Translations under genes and position numbers: made by a program | Assembly: GCA_031362565.1 (NCBI GenBank) | Contig: JANLSU010000103.1 | Span: forward strand, 1-64,000 | From: a bacterium | GTDB lineage: Bacteria; Krumholzibacteriota; Krumholzibacteriia; G020349025 | Length of the DNA: 64,000 nt | Reading direction: 5' to 3' | In this document: piece after piece, positions 30,023 to 42,127 of the stretch | How the letters are laid out: every line of letters begins with the position of its first letter | Numbering within the stretch: position 1 is the stretch's first letter | Notes under the pieces: model-generated | Databases searched by the model: none | Seen by the model: the letters and a program-made list of their open reading frames with translations, nothing else | Told to the model about the DNA's origin: nothing

Positions 30023-31363
30023 ATGGGCGACGCGCTCTTTTGGCACCGGCTGCAGTTCGGCTTCACGGCGGTCTATCATTACATTTTTCCGCAGCTCACC
30101 ATGGGGTTGGCGCTGCTCATCGTTGTCATGAAATGGATGGGACTGCGCCCCGGACACGACGCGTGGAACGACGCGGCGCGCTTTTGGATCCGCATCTTCG
30201 GTCTCAACTTCGCGGTTGGCGTCGTCACCGGCGTGCCGATGGAATTCCAATTCGGGACCAACTGGGCGGCATTCTCCGCACGCACCGGTGGCATCATCGG
30301 CCAAACGCTCGCCATGGAAGGTATCTTCGCCTTCTTCTTGGAGTCGAGCTTCTTGGCGCTCTTGGTTTGGGACGAGCGCCGGCTGACGCCGCGCCAGCAC
30401 TTCATGGCAGCCGTCGCACTCTTCGCGGGCAGTTGGCTGTCGGGTTATTTCATCATCGCCACGAACGCCTTCATGCAACGCCCGGTTGGCCACGAGGTGG
30501 CGGCCGACGGCAGCCTGCAAGTCGCGGATCTGACAGCGTACCTGTTCAATCCGTGGGCGCCGGTCCAGTACCTGCACAACCAAATCGCCGCGGTCGTGAC
30601 CGCCAGTTTCGTGCTGTGTGCCGTCGGAGCGTTCTGGATGCTGCGGCGCGAGCACCATGCGGTCGCGCGCGTGACGCTTCGCACCGGCGTCCTGGCGGCC
30701 TTCGCATCCTCCATGCTGGTCGCGTTCCCGACCGGCCACGCGCAGGGGCGCCTCGTAGCGCAGTCGCAGCCGGTGACTCTCGCCGCCATGGAAGGCCGCT
30801 TCGAGAGCGGCCCGCACGCTCCCATGACGATGATCGGCCAGCCGAACGTCGAAGCACGCAAACTCGACAATCCAATCCACTTGCCGGGCATTCTGTCCTG
30901 GATCGCCTACGGCGATTTTTCGGCGAACGTCCGCGGCCTGAATGATTTTCCAGAAGCCGATTGGCCGACCAACATTCCGTTCCTGTACTACGCGTTCCAC
31001 ATCATGGTCGGACTCGGCACGATCTTCATCGGTTTGAGCGCCTTGGCGGTGCTGCAGCTCGTGCGCCACCGGCTCGACACGAGCCGGCCCCTCTTGTGGG
31101 TCCTGGTGCTGGCATTTCCATTCCCGTACATCGCCAACAGCGCCGGCTGGATGACCGCCGAGCTCGGCCGGCAGCCGTGGCTCGTCTATGGCGTCATGCG
31201 CACTTCGGAAGGTGCCTCACCGCTCGTGCACGGCGGCACGGCACTCTTCACGACGCTCGGTTTCGCAGGTCTCTACTTCGTACTCGGGCTCTTGTACTTG
31301 GCATTGGTGGGGCGCGAAATCAAGCACGGACCGCCGCATGCGGCCCCCGGTTCGCACGCCTAG
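30023..31363 (+). CDS. cydA: Cytochrome bd ubiquinol oxidase subunit I
   Basis: RLQFGFTAVYHYIFP, GVVTGVPMEFQFGTNW, EGIFAFFLES, QPVTLAAMEG, FHIMVGLG, GWMTAELGRQPW. Confidence 0.95.
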   Translation: MGDALFWHRLQFGFTAVYHYIFPQLTMGLALLIVVMKWMGLRPGHDAWNDAARFWIRIFGLNFAVGVVTGVPMEFQFGTNWAAFSARTGGIIGQTLAMEGIFAFFLESSFLALLVWDERRLTPRQHFMAAVALFAGSWLSGYFIIATNAFMQRPVGHEVAADGSLQVADLTAYLFNPWAPVQYLHNQIAAVVTASFVLCAVGAFWMLRREHHAVARVTLRTGVLAAFASSMLVAFPTGHAQGRLVAQSQPVTLAAMEGRFESGPHAPMTMIGQPNVEARKLDNPIHLPGILSWIAYGDFSANVRGLNDFPEADWPTNIPFLYYAFHIMVGLGTIFIGLSALAVLQLVRHRLDTSRPLLWVLVLAFPFPYIANSAGWMTAELGRQPWLVYGVMRTSEGASPLVHGGTALFTTLGFAGLYFVLGLLYLALVGREIKHGPPHAAPGSHA

Positions 31364-31373
31364 AAGGAATGTC

Positions 31374-32420
31374 ATGCACGCGATCTGGTTCGCACTCGCC
31401 GCCACCATGCTCGCCATCTACGTCGTGATGGACGGATTCGACTTTGGCGCCGGAGCGTTGCACTTGAGCGTTGCCAAGGACGATCGCGAACGCCGTCAGG
31501 TGCTGGCCGCCATCGGTCCGTTCTGGGACGGCAACGAGGTATGGCTTCTCGCCGCCGGCGGCGTGCTCTTCTTGGCTTTTCCAAAAGTCCTTGCATCGAG
31601 CTTTTCAGGCTTCTACTTGGCGATTTTTCTCGTGCTCTGGGTCCTCTTATTGAGGGGGATCGCGATCGAGTTTCGCTCCCATCTCGCCGACCGGATGTGG
31701 CGGTCGTTTTGGGACACGACGCTCGCCGGCGCCTCGATCCTTGCCCCCGTGCTCTTGGGCACGGCGCTCGGCAACGTCCTCCGCGGCGTGCCGCTCGACG
31801 CTCGAGGCTGGTTCGCGCTGCCGCTCTTCGACAGTTTTTCGCCGACCGGCGGACTCGGGATTCTCGACTGGTACACGGTGCTCGCCGGCGTCTTTGCGCT
31901 CGTCGCAATCTTGCACCACGGTGCACTGTTTCTCGCCTGGCGAACGGACGGCGCGGTGCAGGCGCGGAGCACGCGCCGCGCCGCCCGGCTCTTTCCGGTC
32001 CTGATCGCCCTCTGGGTTCTCGCCACCATTGCGACCGCCTATGTGTCGCCCGAAATCTTCCAGGGGCTCGCCGCCCACCCGCTCGCCTGGCTCGCCACGG
32101 CGCTGTTTCTGGGCGGCCTCGCGGTCAGCTTTCGCGCCCGCCACCGGGGGAAGGACCTCGCCGCCTTCGTCGGCTCGGGGGCTTTCTTGCTCGGCCTGCT
32201 GGCGGCGACCGTCGCCTCGGTTTATCCAACCCTGCTCAAGTCGAGCCTCGATCCATCGGCGTCGCTGACTGCCCACAACGCGGCCGCCAGCCCGCACTCG
32301 CTCGCCGTCGGCCTCGTGTGGTGGCCGCTCGGCTTCGTCCTCGCCGTCTTCTATACGGCGGTGATTTTCCGCGTTCACCGCGGCAAGGCGCAAAGTGCCG
32401 CCGACGGCGAGGGGTACTGA
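31374..32420 (+). CDS. cydB: Cytochrome bd ubiquinol oxidase subunit II
   Basis: YVVMDGFDFGAG, IGPFWDGNEVWL, LLRGIAIEFR, GNVLRGVP; AGAAGGA RBS. Confidence 0.95.
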   Translation: MHAIWFALAATMLAIYVVMDGFDFGAGALHLSVAKDDRERRQVLAAIGPFWDGNEVWLLAAGGVLFLAFPKVLASSFSGFYLAIFLVLWVLLLRGIAIEFRSHLADRMWRSFWDTTLAGASILAPVLLGTALGNVLRGVPLDARGWFALPLFDSFSPTGGLGILDWYTVLAGVFALVAILHHGALFLAWRTDGAVQARSTRRAARLFPVLIALWVLATIATAYVSPEIFQGLAAHPLAWLATALFLGGLAVSFRARHRGKDLAAFVGSGAFLLGLLAATVASVYPTLLKSSLDPSASLTAHNAAASPHSLAVGLVWWPLGFVLAVFYTAVIFRVHRGKAQSAADGEGY

Positions 32421-32484
32421 CGCTGCGGCCGCTGCCCGCCAACACACCGCGGTCCCGTGATACATTGAAAGGCACAAATTCCTC

Positions 32485-33057
32485 GTGCCGGAGGACACCT
32501 TGCATCTCGCGCTCGAACATTGCGTCGTTCGGAGTTGGGAACGTTCCGACGTCCCGGCGTTGGTGCGCAATGCCGACCATCATATTGTGTGGCGCAACCT
32601 GCGCGACCGTTTTCCGTATCCGTACACGCGCGCTGCCGGCGAGGCCTGGGTGCGGGCGGCGCGCACCGAACACCCGGAAAGCTCCTTCGCGATCGAGTTT
32701 GAGGGCGAAGCCGTCGGCGGCATCGGCCTCCTCTTGCAGGAGGACGTGGCGCGGCGTTCGGCGGAAGTCGGCTACTGGCTGGGCCCGGAGTCCTGGGGCC
32801 GCGGTCTCGCCACCGAAGCGCTGATCGGTTTTACCGATTGGGCCTTTGCGAATCTCGACATCTGCCGTCTGTTCGCCAACGTATTCGAGTGGAACCCGGC
32901 GTCCTGCCGGGTGCTCGAGAAGGCGGGCTACGAGTTCGAAGGGCGTTTGCGCAAGAGCGTGACCAAAGAAGGCCAGACCATCGATCAATTGCTGTATGCG
33001 GTCGTGCGTGAGCGCCCGGATGGCGCCCGCGTCGAACGCCGCGGGCTGGGGCGCTGA
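32485..33057 (+). CDS. GNAT acetyltransferase, RimJ/RimL family
   Basis: LRDRFPYPYT, SAEVGYWLG...WGRGLATEA, NPASCRVLEKAGYEFEG. Confidence 0.9.
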   Translation: MPEDTLHLALEHCVVRSWERSDVPALVRNADHHIVWRNLRDRFPYPYTRAAGEAWVRAARTEHPESSFAIEFEGEAVGGIGLLLQEDVARRSAEVGYWLGPESWGRGLATEALIGFTDWAFANLDICRLFANVFEWNPASCRVLEKAGYEFEGRLRKSVTKEGQTIDQLLYAVVRERPDGARVERRGLGR

Positions 33058-33058
33058 C

Positions 33059-33742
33059 GTGACGACGGTGCGCGGCCAGGTCGCCGTGCCGGTGCCATTG
33101 CACTGGCGTTTGGAGGGTGCCGGCGACGACCCGACAGAGCCACTCGTCGTCGCGCTCCACGGCCAAGGGATGGACGAAGACGCCTTCGCACTGCTCTTGC
33201 AGCGGCTCGTGGCGCTGCCGTGCCGGCTTCTCGTACCGCGCGCCCCGTGGCCGTTCGATGTGCGCAGTGAAAACCGCATCGGCTGGAGTTGGTATCCGTA
33301 CGACGGCGATCCGGAGCGTTTCCGCGCCGATCTCGCCCGTACCGAATCAATGCTGCTCGAAGTCCTCGGTGCCGCCGAACGGCAGGCCGGATTGCGCCCG
33401 CGGCGGCGTTTCCTGCTGGGCTTTTCGCAAGGTGGCTACTGCGGCGCGGTGATCGCGCTCCGGCATCCGGAACTCTTCGCCGGCCTCATCGTGTCCGGGG
33501 CCCGGGTCAAAACGGAAATCCTCGGCGCCGAAATGCGCCGGGCGGCGGCAGAGCGCTTCGAGGTGCTGCTCGTGCATGGCATGCGGGATGTGCATGTCCT
33601 GCCGGAAGCAGCGGAACGCGGCCGCGATGCGCTTGCGGCCGCCGGCGTGCGCGTCGAATTGCACAGCGTCGACGGTGGCCATTCGTTGGGACGCACCCAG
33701 ATGGATCTCGTCACCCCGTGGCTTGCAGCCCGGCTCGCATGA
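33059..33742 (+). CDS. Alpha/beta hydrolase (phospholipase/carboxylesterase family)
   Basis: LVVALHGQG, GFSQGG nucleophile elbow, HGMRD, GGH. Start uncertain (GTG 33059 or ATG 33020). Confidence 0.85.
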   Translation: MTTVRGQVAVPVPLHWRLEGAGDDPTEPLVVALHGQGMDEDAFALLLQRLVALPCRLLVPRAPWPFDVRSENRIGWSWYPYDGDPERFRADLARTESMLLEVLGAAERQAGLRPRRRFLLGFSQGGYCGAVIALRHPELFAGLIVSGARVKTEILGAEMRRAAAERFEVLLVHGMRDVHVLPEAAERGRDALAAAGVRVELHSVDGGHSLGRTQMDLVTPWLAARLA

Positions 33743-33779
33743 TCTGAGCCGCGACGCGCATCCGATCGGACGGAATCCC

Positions 33780-35432
33780 GTGAGCCGAACCCCACGCCAG
33801 GACGATCTCGTGCGCCTCGCGGCGCGGCTCCGGCCGGGCGCCGCTGTGGCGGCGGCAGCGATCACCGGCAACTCGACCCTTCCAGACGACTTGCTCGTCG
33901 AATCGTGCCGCCGGGTGCGCATCGTCGCCTTGATCACCGCCGGGCTCTGGGCGTTCGCGTTACTGATGAACGAACTACTGTACCCGCTCGTTTCGCACAC
34001 CAAGGAGTATTGGCGCGCCGCCTGGGAGGGCGTCGGACCACCCGTCTGCTACGCCGGAATTGTCGCCTCTGCCGCCATGTTCTGGGCGACGAGACATTTT
34101 GCCGCCCGCCCGAGCCGCGTTATGACACTCGGCCTCGTATTCGAGGTCGTGACCGCCGCCCTGATCGCCGTCATGCAGTGGTGGCACCCGCTCGTCATGC
34201 ATGGCGGGCGAGTGTCGTGGGTTGGGGTTTTTATCTTGGTGTATCCCAGCATTGCGCCGAGCACCGAGCGCGCGACTCTCGTTGCGTCGCTCGCGGCCGC
34301 GACGACCGAGGTCGTGTGCGTGGCGCTCGCTGCAGCGCGCGGCGTCCTGCCACCGGATGCGACGCCGATCACCATTGGGTGGATGCTTGTCGGCGGTTAC
34401 ATCTGTGCGTTTCTGGCGATCGTCCCGGTGCGCGTCATTCGCGGCTTGAGCCGGCAGGTGGCGTCGGCGCGTGAGCTGGGGAGCTACCGGCTCGAGCGCC
34501 GGCTTGGCAAAGGTGCAATGGGCGAGGTGCATTTGGCGACGCACCGGCTCTTGGCCCGCCCCGCGGCAATCAAGCTCATGCGCCCCGAAGTGTTGGGCGC
34601 CGCACCGCCCGAACGCGTCCGCGCCTTTGCCGAGCGCTTTCGACGCGAGGCGAACGCCGCCGCGAGCCTGCGTTCGCCGCACACGATTCAGTTGTATGAC
34701 TTCGGCGTCGCCGACGACGGCACGTTCTACTACGTGATGGAATTGCTCGACGGGCTCGATCTGGACGCCCTCGTCCGCCGCTTCGGACCGCAGCCACCCG
34801 AACGGGTGGTGCATTTTCTGGTGCAGGCGTGTGCGTCGCTCGCCGAAGCCCATGCCCGCGGGCTCGTGCACCGCGACGTCAAGCCCTCCAACCTGTACAC
34901 GGCCTGTGTCGGCCTCGAGACCGACGTGCTCAAGGTCTTGGACTTCGGATTGGTGCGCGTCGATGCCGATCGCGACGCGGAGGATGGGTCTTTGGCGCAG
35001 GGCACGCCGGCGTACATGGCGCCGGAAGCCATTTTGCGGCCGGAGACTGTGGATGCGCGCACCGATCTCTATGCGCTTGGTTGTGTCGGCTGGTGGCTGC
35101 TGACGGGACGGCCCGTATTCACGGCCACGGTGCCGGCGGACGTCATGCTGCAGCACGCGCACGCGGCACCTGAGCCGCCGTCGCGCTATGCGACTCAGGC
35201 GGTGCCGGCCGAACTCGATGCCGTGCTGTTGGCGTGCCTCGCGAAGAATCCCGACGAGCGCCCGCAGAGCGCCTTGGATCTCAGCTCGTGGCTCGCGGTG
35301 CTGACGCCGGCGGCACGGTGGACGCCGGAGCGCGCGGCGGCCTGGTGGCAGGCGCACCGGGACGCGATCACCGCCGCCGTGGGTGAGCCGGAAACGTCGG
35401 CAACACTACTACCGACGCGCTTGCTCGACTGA
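33780..35432 (+). CDS. Ser/Thr protein kinase with N-terminal multi-TM sensor region
   Basis: About 6 TM segments, then ARELGSYRL, LGKGAMGEV, AAIK, HRDVKPSN, DFGLV, GTPAYMAPE. Confidence 0.9.
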   Translation: MSRTPRQDDLVRLAARLRPGAAVAAAAITGNSTLPDDLLVESCRRVRIVALITAGLWAFALLMNELLYPLVSHTKEYWRAAWEGVGPPVCYAGIVASAAMFWATRHFAARPSRVMTLGLVFEVVTAALIAVMQWWHPLVMHGGRVSWVGVFILVYPSIAPSTERATLVASLAAATTEVVCVALAAARGVLPPDATPITIGWMLVGGYICAFLAIVPVRVIRGLSRQVASARELGSYRLERRLGKGAMGEVHLATHRLLARPAAIKLMRPEVLGAAPPERVRAFAERFRREANAAASLRSPHTIQLYDFGVADDGTFYYVMELLDGLDLDALVRRFGPQPPERVVHFLVQACASLAEAHARGLVHRDVKPSNLYTACVGLETDVLKVLDFGLVRVDADRDAEDGSLAQGTPAYMAPEAILRPETVDARTDLYALGCVGWWLLTGRPVFTATVPADVMLQHAHAAPEPPSRYATQAVPAELDAVLLACLAKNPDERPQSALDLSSWLAVLTPAARWTPERAAAWWQAHRDAITAAVGEPETSATLLPTRLLD

Positions 35433-37628
<2,196 letters not shown>

Positions 37629-37757
37629 GCTCGAGCGCCTCCTTGGGACGCAAAAGGACTCCTGTTCCGAGGCATCAACGAACCACGCGTGCCGCACCCG
37701 AAGAACGAGCGAGATCGAGGGAGTGCGTGGCCGCATCGGACCCAAGGAACTGGGCGC

Positions 37758-37786
37758 ATTCTCTCGACCGTCCAGGCGAGCGTCAA
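37758..37786 (-). promoter_or_regulatory. Sigma70-type promoter of glutamine synthetase III
   Basis: Minus strand TTGACG-17 nt-GAGAAT, implying a leader of about 120 nt. Confidence 0.55.
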
Positions 37787-37829
37787 TCCCCCCAATTTAC
37801 GCTTCCCACGGGGAGGCCAAGCAAGGCGG

Positions 37830-38381
37830 TCAACCGGTGGTCTGCCGCGGCCGGTAGAAGGTCGGACCGGGAGGCTCCGGCACTCGCGCCGCGGTCCCGG
37901 ATGCGTCATGCGCTCGCCGTTGCAGCTCGAGGCGCAGACTCTCCTCGCCGCGCGCCATGGCCCAGCGATGATTGGCCGCGAAGACCGGCTTGAAGACGAA
38001 GGAAAGCGACCGCAGCAGGCCTTTTTCGGCGCGAATGCGCCAATCGAAAGTCACGTCGACATCGGCACCGTTGGGGATGAGGGTCCACACGCCCGTGCCG
38101 TCGAAATCGCCCTCGGCGGCGATCGTAAACCCGTACGGCGACTTGGATTCGACGACCCGGAACTGCCACTGCAACGTGTATGGCAGCCAGCCTTTGGTGT
38201 GCAGTGCGACGCGTTTGCCGACGCCGCCGGGGTCGCCGGGTTCGAGCACCCGCACATCCAAGTACACGGACGGCCACCAGCGCCCGAGCGCCGCGGTGTC
38301 TTCGAGGACCGCAGCCACCGTCCGGACGTCGCCCGGCACCCGCCAGTGCGTTACGAACACATAGTCGTTGCTGCGGGACAT
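37830..38381 (-). CDS. SRPBCC/polyketide-cyclase-like protein
   Basis: YVFVTHWRV...RWWPSVY...KGWLPYTL...GDFDGTGVW...KPVFAANHRWAM. Confidence 0.78.
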   Translation of the reverse strand: MSRSNDYVFVTHWRVPGDVRTVAAVLEDTAALGRWWPSVYLDVRVLEPGDPGGVGKRVALHTKGWLPYTLQWQFRVVESKSPYGFTIAAEGDFDGTGVWTLIPNGADVDVTFDWRIRAEKGLLRSLSFVFKPVFAANHRWAMARGEESLRLELQRRAHDASGTAARVPEPPGPTFYRPRQTTG

Positions 38382-38413
38382 GGCAGCCCCTCGAAACGGA
38401 CGCGGGCCGCGTT

Positions 38414-39706
38414 TCAGCCCACCGAGACTTTGTCGCCCGGGACTTCGGTGGGCGTCGCGCCGGAAGGTGTCACGCCAGGGGATCCGGTTGCAACATCGGG
38501 CGTTGCCGTTGCCGCGTGCGGCTTTTCGCCGCGCAGATGCTCGCGGACCCACCACGCGGCGGCGCGCAGGTGCAGCGCATGCGGGCGCGGGTCACTCCAG
38601 GAGATGTCGCTCTGCGTATCGGGCCGCAGCGTCGAAAGCGCCGCAAGCGCGAAACGGCCCGGCGCCTCGAAGGCTTGGGTGACGTTCTTGGACAAAAGCC
38701 ACCGGTACTTGAGTCCAGCGCGATACGGTGCCGGTACATCCACCGGCAGGCCGGCGGCCATTTGCACATAGAGCCACGGCAAATCCACGCCGGCCGCGAT
38801 CGCCAAGTCCAAGCTGCCGACGAAGCGCGGATTGATTTCCATCAGGTAGAAATGTCCGTCGCGATCGCTGCGGCGGAATTCCACCATGGCGACGCCGTCC
38901 CAGCGCAACGCTCGCAAGAGCGCCAGACCGGCCTCACGGAGTTCCGGTTCGTCGACGCTCTCGGCGCCGGCGGCGGCATGCGCGAGTCCGGTGCCGCGCG
39001 CCACATCGTGTTCTTCGAGGCGCCGGTGCATGAAGACCGCCAGCGGTTCGCCCTGGCGGCAGAGCGCCGAGAGTCCGTAGCCGCGCCCCGGAATGAACTC
39101 CTGCACGACCGGCAACGGCAGCGATGCTTCTTGACGCAGAGCCGCGATTCGATCGACCGTCGGCCGCAAGTCCTCGGGCCGCCGGGCGACCGCGACCTGA
39201 TGGCCGCACGAACCCCACACACCCTTGACGATTGCCGGGAAAGCGCACTCTCCGGCCAGATGTTCCGCGTCGGCGGCCGATTGCAACTCGTAGGTGCGCG
39301 GCGCACGCACGCCGATACGGTGCGCGAGGCGCATGACCTGATCCTTGCGGTCGGCGACCATGAACGTTTCGAGATCCGGAATCGGGAAACCGGTGCGGGC
39401 TTGCACCGCGGCGCGATGCGGCAGGATGACGTTGGCGCTCGTCTCGCCAAAAAACAGGGTCGCATCGAAATGCTGTGCGCCGAGGGTTTCCAAAAGCCAG
39501 GCGATATAGGCCTCGGGAGCATCGGCGGGCGAGGGTGCGATCAGCCGCTCGGCGGCGTAGCGCGATGCAAACGACATGGCGTCGCGCTTGTGCGAGGCCA
39601 CCGTGACGCGCACGCCGCGGCGACCGAGGCTGCGCGTCGCCGCCAGCGCGTGACATTCCTGGCCGTCGAGAACGAGCGCGGCGAGAGCCTGCGGATTTGA
39701 AGTCAT
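38414..39706 (-). CDS. ATP-grasp carboxylate-amine ligase (paralog 2)
   Basis: ALAATRSLGRRG, SRYA, ADRKD, FPAIVKG, VQEFIPG, WDGVAMVEF, LMEINPRF, AGVDLP. Confidence 0.88.
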   Translation of the reverse strand: MTSNPQALAALVLDGQECHALAATRSLGRRGVRVTVASHKRDAMSFASRYAAERLIAPSPADAPEAYIAWLLETLGAQHFDATLFFGETSANVILPHRAAVQARTGFPIPDLETFMVADRKDQVMRLAHRIGVRAPRTYELQSAADAEHLAGECAFPAIVKGVWGSCGHQVAVARRPEDLRPTVDRIAALRQEASLPLPVVQEFIPGRGYGLSALCRQGEPLAVFMHRRLEEHDVARGTGLAHAAAGAESVDEPELREAGLALLRALRWDGVAMVEFRRSDRDGHFYLMEINPRFVGSLDLAIAAGVDLPWLYVQMAAGLPVDVPAPYRAGLKYRWLLSKNVTQAFEAPGRFALAALSTLRPDTQSDISWSDPRPHALHLRAAAWWVREHLRGEKPHAATATPDVATGSPGVTPSGATPTEVPGDKVSVG

Positions 39707-41061
39707 CGTGTCATCACCACCTTCCGCTCGTGTGCAACCCCAAGCTCCACGGGTTCCGGGCGCGCGGACTCGATCCGCCGTTCGGAGTACAGCCCGGCGG
39801 GCGGTGGCGGCGCCGGCAGGGACTCAGGCGTCGACGTCGGAATGTCCAGTTCGTGTCCGGAGTCGCCGCTCCACACCGCGGCGTCGCGGAGCTGTTGCCA
39901 ATGCGGCCGCAGATCGCCGAGCGCGATGTCGGTGCGCGTTCCCGGCAGCAGCGCCGCCGCCGTTCCGAGCGCGAAGCGCAACGGATTGGCACGCGCCGGC
40001 GCCAGTGACTTGGAAAGAATCCAGCGATACCGCAGTCCAACTCGATAGCGGTTCGGCCCCAGGATTGGACGGCCGGCACCCCACTGCGCGTAGAGCCACG
40101 GGAAGTCGATGCCGGCGGCGATTGCCAGGTCGAGACTGCCGGCGAAGCGCGGATTGACGTCCATCAAGTAGAAGCGTCCATCGCGGCTGCTGCGGCGGAA
40201 TTCCACCATCGCGATGCCATCCCAGCAGAGCGCCTGCAGGATCGCGAGGCCCGAGTGGCGCAACTCCGGTTCCTCGACGCTCTGCGCGCCGACTGCATCG
40301 TGCGCCCATCGGGTGCCACGCCGGACATCGTGTTCGGCGAGACGTTTGTGCATGAACACCGCAATGGGCTCACCGCGGCGCACCAATGCGCTCAAACCAT
40401 AGCCGCGGCCTTCGATGTACTCCTGCACGATGGGGAGCGGTTCGTGGACATCACGGCGCAAGGCGGCGATGCGGCGCACCGATTCGACGAGGTCCGCGGG
40501 CTTGCGAACGATCTCGACCTGCCGGCCATGCGAGCCGCGAACGCCTTTGACAACGACGGGAAACTCCATCGCACGGGCGATGCCGGCCGCATCCTCGATG
40601 CGTTCGAGTTCCTGCGTGAACGGCACCGGCAGGCCGATCTGACGGGCAAGCCGGGTGACGCGATCCTTGCGGTCGGCGGCGAGGAAAATGTCGCGCGGCG
40701 GCATGGGACAGCCGGTGAGTTTTTGAACCCGGTCGCGATGCTGGTTCAAGAGGTCGGCGGTGCGGGCTGCGAAGCACAACGTGGCGTCGTAACGCCCGCG
40801 GCGCAGCGTCTCCAGGATCCAGTCCACCACCGCACGCGAGTCGTGCGCCGGTGCCGGCACGTGCAACGCCTCGGCGCAGAATCGCGACGCGAAACCCATG
40901 GCATTCGGCCGGTGCGATGCGACGGCGACGAACGCTCCGCGGCGTCCGAGACTCCGGATCGCAGCAAGTGCGTGGCTGTGATGCCCGTCGAGGACCAACA
41001 CCCGGAGCCGGGGTGTCGCACCCGTGATGACGGAGAGCGGTCCTGGGTCGAGATTCCGCAC
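39703..41061 (-). CDS. ATP-grasp carboxylate-amine ligase (paralog 1)
   Basis: Same motifs as paralog 2 (FPVVVKG, VQEYIEG, WDGIAMVEF, LMDVNPRF). GGAGG RBS precedes GTG 41061; ATGA overlap with paralog 2. Confidence 0.85.
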   Translation of the reverse strand: MRNLDPGPLSVITGATPRLRVLVLDGHHSHALAAIRSLGRRGAFVAVASHRPNAMGFASRFCAEALHVPAPAHDSRAVVDWILETLRRGRYDATLCFAARTADLLNQHRDRVQKLTGCPMPPRDIFLAADRKDRVTRLARQIGLPVPFTQELERIEDAAGIARAMEFPVVVKGVRGSHGRQVEIVRKPADLVESVRRIAALRRDVHEPLPIVQEYIEGRGYGLSALVRRGEPIAVFMHKRLAEHDVRRGTRWAHDAVGAQSVEEPELRHSGLAILQALCWDGIAMVEFRRSSRDGRFYLMDVNPRFAGSLDLAIAAGIDFPWLYAQWGAGRPILGPNRYRVGLRYRWILSKSLAPARANPLRFALGTAAALLPGTRTDIALGDLRPHWQQLRDAAVWSGDSGHELDIPTSTPESLPAPPPPAGLYSERRIESARPEPVELGVAHERKVVMTR

Positions 41062-41413
41062 GATCCCTCCAGCGGTGATTACCGGTTGGGGTGTGCAACC
41101 CACGGTCCAAAAGGGGGACCGCGCCGCCCATCCCGGGCAGCGTTGGCCGCGTGGGGGCGGGCGCCGCATGGGCTCCGGCCGGCCCGATCCGCCGCGCCGG
41201 GAATCTGCGGTCTACGGGTCCATTCAAGCAAGGCGCAGCGTGCGGAAAAAGCTTGCCCCGCTGTTCGGAAGGAGTATGCTTTCGCGCTAGTAACACACCT
41301 TGAACCGCAACCCGTGTCCGAAGCGTGACCCGTCGGTCGACGTCCCCTCCTCTGCGCCGGACGACGCTGGAACCGCTCGCCGAAAAAATCATCCGCCCCG
41401 AATGGGGGAAGCC

Positions 41414-41599
41414 ATGATTCGCTCCCTTGGCCTTCCTGCTGCTTGGCTTTGTGGCGCGGCGCGCATTCATCGCGCGCTGGCGATCGTGGCTCGTTCTTTG
41501 GCCTCACTCCCGCTGCCTTGGTCTCCGGCGCTTGGGGCGCCGGATCCCGCGACGTTGGCGCTCGACGCTCCGCGCGCGCGTCGCCCGCGGCTCGAGTGA
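41414..41599 (+). CDS. Possible small protein (61 aa)
   Basis: GGGGGAA precedes ATG 41414 in an otherwise empty 730 nt gap. No recognisable motif. Confidence 0.25.
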   Translation: MIRSLGLPAAWLCGAARIHRALAIVARSLASLPLPWSPALGAPDPATLALDAPRARRPRLE

Positions 41600-41791
41600 G
41601 GCCTCTCGTTGCGGCGTTGTGGAGCGCCGCTCCGTGCGCGCGATCGTCGGGAGGGGTGGTTGCTGCGCACGACGGATTAGAGCGGACTCCACGACGCCGT
41701 TGCATGCCCCGTCCAGGACGGCCCGTCCGAGCGCGCGGTTTCGCGCCGCGTGGTGTAGGATGCCGGGCCGGCCCCTGGACGAAGGACGTGG

Positions 41792-42112
41792 ATGGCAACG
41801 AACGCACCGGTTGGCATCGAAGCGCGCGGCGAGCGCGAGGTTGCCATTGCCTGGGCCGACGGACACCACAGCCTGTATGCCAGTTCCGACCTGCGCTTCG
41901 CCTGCAGTTGCGCGCGCTGCGTCGACGAATGGTCCGGCCAACGCACTTTGAATCGGCAGGACGTCGCCGCCGATATTCACCCGGTGGAAATGCAACTCGT
42001 GGGCAACTACGCGCTCCAAATTACCTGGAGCGATGGCCACTCCACCGGACTCTATACTTGGGATGCATTACGACAACTGTGCCCGTGCGCGGAGTGCGCC
42101 GGCCGCGGATGA
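41792..42112 (+). CDS. DUF971 / gamma-butyrobetaine-hydroxylase-like N-terminal domain protein
   Basis: IAWADGH, LRFACSCARC, VGNYALQITWSDGHSTGLYTW, C-terminal CPCAEC. Confidence 0.88.
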   Translation: MATNAPVGIEARGEREVAIAWADGHHSLYASSDLRFACSCARCVDEWSGQRTLNRQDVAADIHPVEMQLVGNYALQITWSDGHSTGLYTWDALRQLCPCAECAGRG

Positions 42113-42127
42113 AAATGGAGGCAGAAG

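Noticed and set aside
38414..41599. Graspetide (ATP-grasp RiPP) cluster
   Set aside because: The ligases resemble carboxylate-amine ligases rather than the RimK/MvdD type, and no precursor with repeated Thr/Lys/Asp/Glu cores or transporter is present.
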